Assembly (NCBI GenBank): GCA_031425655.1
Contig: JANPJS010000023.1
Location: 1 to 29,788 of the forward strand
DNA length: 29,788 bases
DNA from: Abditibacteriaceae bacterium
GTDB taxonomy: Bacteria; Armatimonadota; Abditibacteriia; Abditibacteriales; Abditibacteriaceae
Reading direction: 5' to 3'
This document shows positions 24,194-29,788 of this stretch, in pieces (position 1 is the stretch's first letter; every line of letters begins with the position of its first letter). Both the position numbers and the translations under genes were made by a program. The notes below the pieces were generated by a model. The model saw nothing but the letters and a program-made list of their open reading frames with translations. It was not told where the DNA came from and searched no databases.

Positions 24194-27100
24194 ATGATGA
24201 AACAAATGATGAACAAGTCGTGCCGCGCGCTGCTGGCGTGCTTGATGCTGATGATCGGCGTGTGGTCGCTGCCGGCTCAAGCCCAGACCTTCAGCGCCAC
24301 CGGCAGCCTGACAACCGCGCGCAACGGTCACACGGCGACGCTGCTGGGCAACGGCAAGGTGCTGGTCACCGGTGGTGATAATAGCGGTGCTCTGGCGAGC
24401 AGTGAACTCTACGACCCGGCGACGGGCACTTTCAGCGCCACCGGCAGCTTGTCAACCGCGCGCTCATATCACACGGCGACGCTGCTGGGCAACGGCAAGG
24501 TGCTGATCACCGGCGGCTATAACTCCGGCAGTCCTCTGGCGAGCACCGAACTCTACGACTCGGCAACAGGCACTTTCAGCGCCACCGGCAGCATGGCGAC
24601 GGCGCGCGGCTTTCACACGGCGACGCTGCTGGGCAACGGTAAGGTGCTGGTCACCGGCGGCCTTAGCCCGGTCACTCTGGCGAGCAGCGAACTCTACGAC
24701 CCGGCGACGGGCACGTTCAGCGCCACGGGCAGTCTGACAACCGCGCGCTACGCTCACACGGCGACGCTGCTGAGTAACGGCAAGGTGCTGATCACTGGCG
24801 GCGATAATGGCCGACTTTCGAGCAGCGAACTCTACGACCCGGCGACGGGCACTTTCAGCGCAACGGGCAGCTTGGTGACGGGGCGCGCCTATCACATGGC
24901 GGCGCTGCTGGGCAATGGCAAAGTGCTGATCACCGGCGGCTATGGCTCCTCCGGTGGTCTGGCGAGCAGCGAACTCTACGACCCGGTGACCAGCACTTTC
25001 AGCGCCACCGGCAGCATGGCGACGGCGCGCAGCATTCACACGGCGACGCTGCTGGGCAACGTCAAGGTGCTGGTCACCGGCGGTGATAATAGCGGTCGCT
25101 TGGCGAGCAGCGAACTTTACGACCCGGCGACGGGCACTTTCAGCGCCACCGGCAGTCTGACAAACGCGCGCTACTATCACACAGCGACGCTGCTGGGCAA
25201 CGGCAAGGTGCTGGTCACCGGTGGTGATAATAGCGGTGCTCTGGCGAGCAGCGAGCTTTATACGACTCCGGCTTCTTTCAGCATCAACGACGTGACGGCC
25301 AACGAAGGGAATAGTGGCACGACTAATTTCACCTTGACCGTCACGCGCAGCGGCGACACCAGCGGCACATCCACCGTCCACTATGTCACGAGCAACGGCA
25401 CCGCCACGGCGGGCAGCGACTTCACCGCGATTGCAGACACCACGCTCACCTTCGCTCCCGGCGACACGACCAAGACCATCACAGTGGCGGTGACCGGCGA
25501 TCAGGGCCTTGAGCCAAACGAAACCTTCAACGTCACGTTGAGCAATCCGACCAACGCCAGCATCACCACCGCGACGGGCCTCGGCACCATCACCAATGAC
25601 GACACGGGCCTGATCGTGACGACCACCGCTGACACTACGAACGGCAGCGACAACGACAACTCGCTGCGCGAAGCCATCAACGCGGCTAATGCCAACGCCG
25701 ACGCCAGCACCATCACCTTCAATATCTCCGGTGCTGGCGTGCAAACGCTGGCTCCCGCCACCGCCTTGCCGACCATAACGGAGCAAGCGACGATTGACGG
25801 CTACACGCAACCCGGCGCCAGCGCCAACACGCTGAGTGTTGGCACCAATGCGGTGCTGCGCATCGAACTCACCGGCGCGGGCACGGTTGGTTTCGACGGC
25901 CTGATAATTACCGCCGCGACCTGCACGGTCAGGGGCCTGGCCATTGGCAACTGCCGTTACGGCATTCAGTTGACCGGCGCGGGCGCCACCGGCAACGTGA
26001 TAAGCGGCAATTACCTCGGCACCAGGGCCGATGGTGCCACTGCCCTCGCCAACAGCGTCGGTATCCAGATCTTTAGTGCCGTGGGCAATACCATTGGCGG
26101 CACCGCCGCCGGAGCGCGCAACGTCATTTCCGGCAACAGCGACTACGGCATCTGGATCTTCGCCGCCACGGCGACGGGCAACACAGTGAAGGGCAATTAC
26201 ATCGGCACCGCAGCCGATGGCGCCACCGCCTGTGCCAACTTGTATGGTGTTCAAATTGCCGACGGCGTGGGCAACACTATCGGTGGCACCAGCGCCGCAG
26301 AGCGCAACATCATCTCCGGCAACGTCAACACTGGCATAAGAATCGAGGGTAGCACGACAGGGGTGATGGGCAACGTGATAAGCGGCAATTACATCGGCAC
26401 GCAAGCTAATGGCACCACCGCCTGTGCCAATATCACTGGTGTCGAGATCATTGCTGCCGCCGTGGGCAATACCATCGGCGGCACCACCGCCGGAGCGCGC
26501 AACGTCATTTCCGGCAACAGCGGCAGCGGCATCGAGATCCACGGCGGCGGGACACGCGGCACTGTGATTAGGGGCAATTACATCGGCACGCAGGCTAATG
26601 GCGCCACCCCCCTCTCCAACAGCATTGGCATCTATCTCCAAGGTGGCCTTGGGAGCAACACCATCGGCGGCACCGCTGCCGGAGAGGGCAACGTCATCTC
26701 CGGCAACATCGCTGAGGGCGTCCGCATTTTTGCCGGGACGGGCAACAGCCTGCGCGGCAACAGCATCTACAATAATGGCTTTCTGGGTTTTGATTTGAAC
26801 AGCGACAGCGTGACCGCCAACGACACCGGCGACGGTGACACCGGCGCGAACAACCTGCAAAACTACCCGGTGGTGACTTCGGCGATCAGCAACGGCGTTG
26901 ACAGCACCGTCGCCGGAACGCTGAACAGCACGTCGAACACGACCTTCACGCTGGACTTCTACGACAACGCCGCCGCCGACCCCTCCGGCTTCGGCGAAGG
27001 ACAAACCTATCTCGGTTCGGGCACTGTGACCACTGATGGCAGTGGCAACGGAAGTTTCAGCACCACTTTGACGGGTGTCATAGTGACCTCCGGTCACGCC

Positions 27101-29743
27101 ATCACGGCCACGGCCACCGACCCCGGCGGCAACACCAGCGAGTTCAGCCAGACGATTGCACCCACAGTGCCTACCTTGACTATCAACGATGTAAGCGCCA
27201 CCGAAGGCAGCCCGGCTGCCTTCACGGTGACGGCGACCCTGCCGGCCACGCGCACCAGCGCCACGACGGTCACGGTGAAATTCGCCACAGCGAACGGCAC
27301 CACGAATCCGGCAACAGCGGGCAGCGATTACACCGCGATCTCACCAGCCCAAACGCTGACCATCACGATTTCGGCAAATACGCTTTCCGCGACCGGCACT
27401 GTCAGCGTGACAACCACCAACGACACCATTGACGAAGTGAACGAAACGTTCTTCGTCAACCTGAGCAACCCCACCAATGCCATAGTCAGCGATGCCCAGG
27501 GCGTGGGCACTATTACCGACAACGACACCTCGCTGATTACCATCAACGATGTGACGGTGCCCGAAAACGGCGGCCCGGCAGTTTTTACCGTCAGCCTCAG
27601 CACGGCTAACAGCCAGCAGGTGACGGTGAACTACGCCACGGCCAACGGAACGACCAACCCGGCGACGGCGGGCAGCGATTATACCACGACCAACGGCACC
27701 CTCACATGGACGGCAGGCACCACAACGGCGAAAACCATCAGCGTGCCTCTCCTCAACGATACTACAGTTGAGGCGAACAAAACCTTTTTCGTGAACCTCA
27801 GCGGAGCAACCAACGCGACCATCTCCGACGCGCAAGGCCTCGGCACCATCAGCGACGACGATGCCGTGTTCAGCATCAACGACGCAACCACTGGCGAGGG
27901 CGGCACGGCGACCTTCACGGTCACGGCGACCCGTTCGATTGCCGTCGCGCAGGCCATCACAGTGAGCAGCAACTACGCCACGGCGAACGGCATGGCGACA
28001 ACACCCGCTGATTACACGAGCAAAACCGGTGCGGTTTCAGTGACGATTGCCGCCAGTGGAACCAGCGGCACCAACAGCACCACCATCGCAGTGCCAGCCC
28101 TCAACGATGCTTTAACTGAGGGGAACGAAACCTTCTTCGTGAATCTGAGCGGTGCGACTAACGGGACTTACTCCGATAGCCAGGGCCAGGGCACGATTAC
28201 CGACCCGGCGCCTCCGTCGCTGACCATCAATGACATGAGTGTCAGCGAAGGCGGCACGGCCACCTTTACAGTCGCGGCGACCCTGACAGGCACGAGCACC
28301 AGCGCCACTACGGTCACGGTGAACTACGCCTCAGCGGACGGCACCACGAACCCGGCGACGGCGGGCACCGATTACACGGCGATTTCTCCGGCCCAAACGC
28401 TGACCATCACGATTCCGGCGAATACACTTTCCGCGACCGGCACCGTCAGCGTGGCCACCACCAACGACACCATTGACGAGGTGGATGAAACCTTCTTTGT
28501 CAACCTGAGCAGTCCCACCAATGCCACCATCGGCGACGCGCAAGGCGTGGGCACCATCACCGACAACGATACCTCACTGATTACCATCAACGATGTGTCG
28601 GTGCCCGAAAACGGCGGCCCGGCAGTTTTCACCGTCAGCCTGAGCACAGCTAACAGCCAGCAGGTGACGGTGAACTACGCCACGGCCAACGGAACGACCA
28701 ACCCGGCGTCGGCGGGCAGCGATTACACCACGACCAACGGCACCCTCACTTGGGCGGCAGGCACCACAACTGCGAAGACGATCAGCGTGCCGATTCTTGA
28801 CAATGCGGTGATTGAATCAACGGAAACATTCTTCGTAAACCTCAGCGGCGCCACGAACGCGACTATCTCCGACGCGCAAGGCATCGGCACTATCACTAAC
28901 GACGACCTGCCGAAAGTCTTCGTCAGCGACGTGCAAATGTTTGAAGGCGACAGCGGCAACCGCGCTCTCTACCTCACTTTCGCATTGAACGCCTCACCGG
29001 CAGCCGATGTAACAGTGACCTATGCGACGCAAGGCATCACCGCAACGTCGGGCAGCGATTACGGAACTGTTACGGGAAGTTACACCTTCCCCGCCAACAC
29101 GACGACTCTGAGCAGGGCGGTCGGTGTAATCATCGTCGGCAATACGGTCGCGGAGGCCGATGAAACTTTCATACTCAAGCTGACCTCGGTGACGGGAGCG
29201 ACGATTCTCAAAGCCAACGGCACCGCCACCATTGTCAACGACGACGGCACTTACACAGGCCCCGTCAACGTCGGCGTGACCCCGAATAACGGAGGAGGTG
29301 CGGCGGGCACACCAGTTACTTTCACTACGGTGCAATCTGATGCAAATGGAGCAGCCGACATTTCGCAATCGCAGTTCATCGTGAACACGACTATTGGTTC
29401 GCCCTATTTGGCGCGCTGCTACTACAACGGCACTAACCTTTACCTGATGAGCGACGCCGGCACTTTCGTAGGCGGCTTCACGCCCGGTAGCGCCAACGTC
29501 ATTTCCAACAGTCAGGTCAGCCTCAATTGCGCGGGCACGACAGTGGTGAGAAGCGGCAACACTCTAACGATTCAGTGGAATCTCACTTTCAATGCCTCTT
29601 ACACCGGCACGAAGAACCTTTTCCTCTATGCCAAAGATAACACCAACCAGATCGCCGGATGGGATAATCTTGGCACTTGGACGATTACCGGCGCAGGCAT
29701 TTTAAGCCCCGTCTCCAGCGCTGAAGACGAACCCAGTTCCTAA
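24194..29743 (+). CDS. ~1850-aa surface protein: 7 Kelch repeats, Calx-beta, CSLREA-like + right-handed beta-helix, 6 further Calx-beta domains and a C-terminal beta-sandwich
   Basis: RBS GGAGA (24181), ATG 24194/24197 and a signal peptide ending AQA. TFSATGS..R..HTATLL.NGKVL.TGG..SELYDP x7; INDV..EG..D...E.NETF.V.LS..TI.D.D x7; NSLREAI; GNYIGT/NTIGG/RNVISGN repeats; C-terminal SGNTLTIQWNLTF..TGTKNLFLYA..GW..LGTW. Confidence 0.95.
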   Translation: MMKQMMNKSCRALLACLMLMIGVWSLPAQAQTFSATGSLTTARNGHTATLLGNGKVLVTGGDNSGALASSELYDPATGTFSATGSLSTARSYHTATLLGNGKVLITGGYNSGSPLASTELYDSATGTFSATGSMATARGFHTATLLGNGKVLVTGGLSPVTLASSELYDPATGTFSATGSLTTARYAHTATLLSNGKVLITGGDNGRLSSSELYDPATGTFSATGSLVTGRAYHMAALLGNGKVLITGGYGSSGGLASSELYDPVTSTFSATGSMATARSIHTATLLGNVKVLVTGGDNSGRLASSELYDPATGTFSATGSLTNARYYHTATLLGNGKVLVTGGDNSGALASSELYTTPASFSINDVTANEGNSGTTNFTLTVTRSGDTSGTSTVHYVTSNGTATAGSDFTAIADTTLTFAPGDTTKTITVAVTGDQGLEPNETFNVTLSNPTNASITTATGLGTITNDDTGLIVTTTADTTNGSDNDNSLREAINAANANADASTITFNISGAGVQTLAPATALPTITEQATIDGYTQPGASANTLSVGTNAVLRIELTGAGTVGFDGLIITAATCTVRGLAIGNCRYGIQLTGAGATGNVISGNYLGTRADGATALANSVGIQIFSAVGNTIGGTAAGARNVISGNSDYGIWIFAATATGNTVKGNYIGTAADGATACANLYGVQIADGVGNTIGGTSAAERNIISGNVNTGIRIEGSTTGVMGNVISGNYIGTQANGTTACANITGVEIIAAAVGNTIGGTTAGARNVISGNSGSGIEIHGGGTRGTVIRGNYIGTQANGATPLSNSIGIYLQGGLGSNTIGGTAAGEGNVISGNIAEGVRIFAGTGNSLRGNSIYNNGFLGFDLNSDSVTANDTGDGDTGANNLQNYPVVTSAISNGVDSTVAGTLNSTSNTTFTLDFYDNAAADPSGFGEGQTYLGSGTVTTDGSGNGSFSTTLTGVIVTSGHAITATATDPGGNTSEFSQTIAPTVPTLTINDVSATEGSPAAFTVTATLPATRTSATTVTVKFATANGTTNPATAGSDYTAISPAQTLTITISANTLSATGTVSVTTTNDTIDEVNETFFVNLSNPTNAIVSDAQGVGTITDNDTSLITINDVTVPENGGPAVFTVSLSTANSQQVTVNYATANGTTNPATAGSDYTTTNGTLTWTAGTTTAKTISVPLLNDTTVEANKTFFVNLSGATNATISDAQGLGTISDDDAVFSINDATTGEGGTATFTVTATRSIAVAQAITVSSNYATANGMATTPADYTSKTGAVSVTIAASGTSGTNSTTIAVPALNDALTEGNETFFVNLSGATNGTYSDSQGQGTITDPAPPSLTINDMSVSEGGTATFTVAATLTGTSTSATTVTVNYASADGTTNPATAGTDYTAISPAQTLTITIPANTLSATGTVSVATTNDTIDEVDETFFVNLSSPTNATIGDAQGVGTITDNDTSLITINDVSVPENGGPAVFTVSLSTANSQQVTVNYATANGTTNPASAGSDYTTTNGTLTWAAGTTTAKTISVPILDNAVIESTETFFVNLSGATNATISDAQGIGTITNDDLPKVFVSDVQMFEGDSGNRALYLTFALNASPAADVTVTYATQGITATSGSDYGTVTGSYTFPANTTTLSRAVGVIIVGNTVAEADETFILKLTSVTGATILKANGTATIVNDDGTYTGPVNVGVTPNNGGGAAGTPVTFTTVQSDANGAADISQSQFIVNTTIGSPYLARCYYNGTNLYLMSDAGTFVGGFTPGSANVISNSQVSLNCAGTTVVRSGNTLTIQWNLTFNASYTGTKNLFLYAKDNTNQIAGWDNLGTWTITGAGILSPVSSAEDEPSS

Positions 29744-29760
29744 GGGCGTAACGGAATAAA

Positions 29761-29788
29761 ACGGCGGCTCGCGAAAGCGAGCCGCCGT
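29761..29788 (+). terminator. Terminator hairpin (U-tract would lie beyond the window)
   Basis: ACGGCGGCTCGC-GAAA-GCGAGCCGCCGT, a 12-bp perfect stem 17 nt after the stop codon. Confidence 0.8.

Noticed and set aside
24287..25270. Kelch repeats as a CRISPR array or DGR
   Set aside because: They are in-frame protein repeats; no reverse transcriptase or template repeat is in the window.
24464..27097. 877-aa minus-strand ORF
   Set aside because: Antisense shadow of the repetitive, codon-biased adhesin gene; no recognisable motifs.

Overview
This is a GC-rich bacterial window. The gene families and the C-terminal domain of the giant surface protein suggest Armatimonadota/Abditibacteriota or a PVC-like lineage (inference only). 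From left to right: (i) the 3' end of an IS110-family transposase, absent from the ORF track (frame +2, 2..118), with its right end (TTGACT -35 box, CT core at 134-135) inside a REP/MITE composite; (ii) a membrane protein, an SDR, a secreted PKD/nucleoside-hydrolase-fold fusion and a DUF5060-DUF4038-DUF5605-PKD-LamG glycosidase; (iii) hemB, a rhomboid protease and a Gfo/Idh/MocA oxidoreductase; (iv) a 12-kb cluster of exported proteins resembling 3-keto-glycoside (oxidation/elimination/hydration) systems: ThuA-DUF1080, DUF1080, two Tat Gfo/Idh/MocA, YceI, a HEAT protein, an AP_endonuc_2 TIM barrel and a Tat Rieske protein; (v) two gene remnants and a ~1850-aa Kelch/Calx-beta/beta-helix surface protein. 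Intergenic DNA holds several palindromic repeat families, some nested inside MITE-like terminal repeats with target duplications. The most intriguing signal is an identical cassette, C-GGGTGCCCTCTGGG-C. It replaces a GG at two different positions of the same REP family (16015-16028, 23543-23556), and its right half (CT|CTGGGC) is exactly the sequence at the IS110 right junction. It therefore looks like an IS110 bridge-recombination target site written into REPs.
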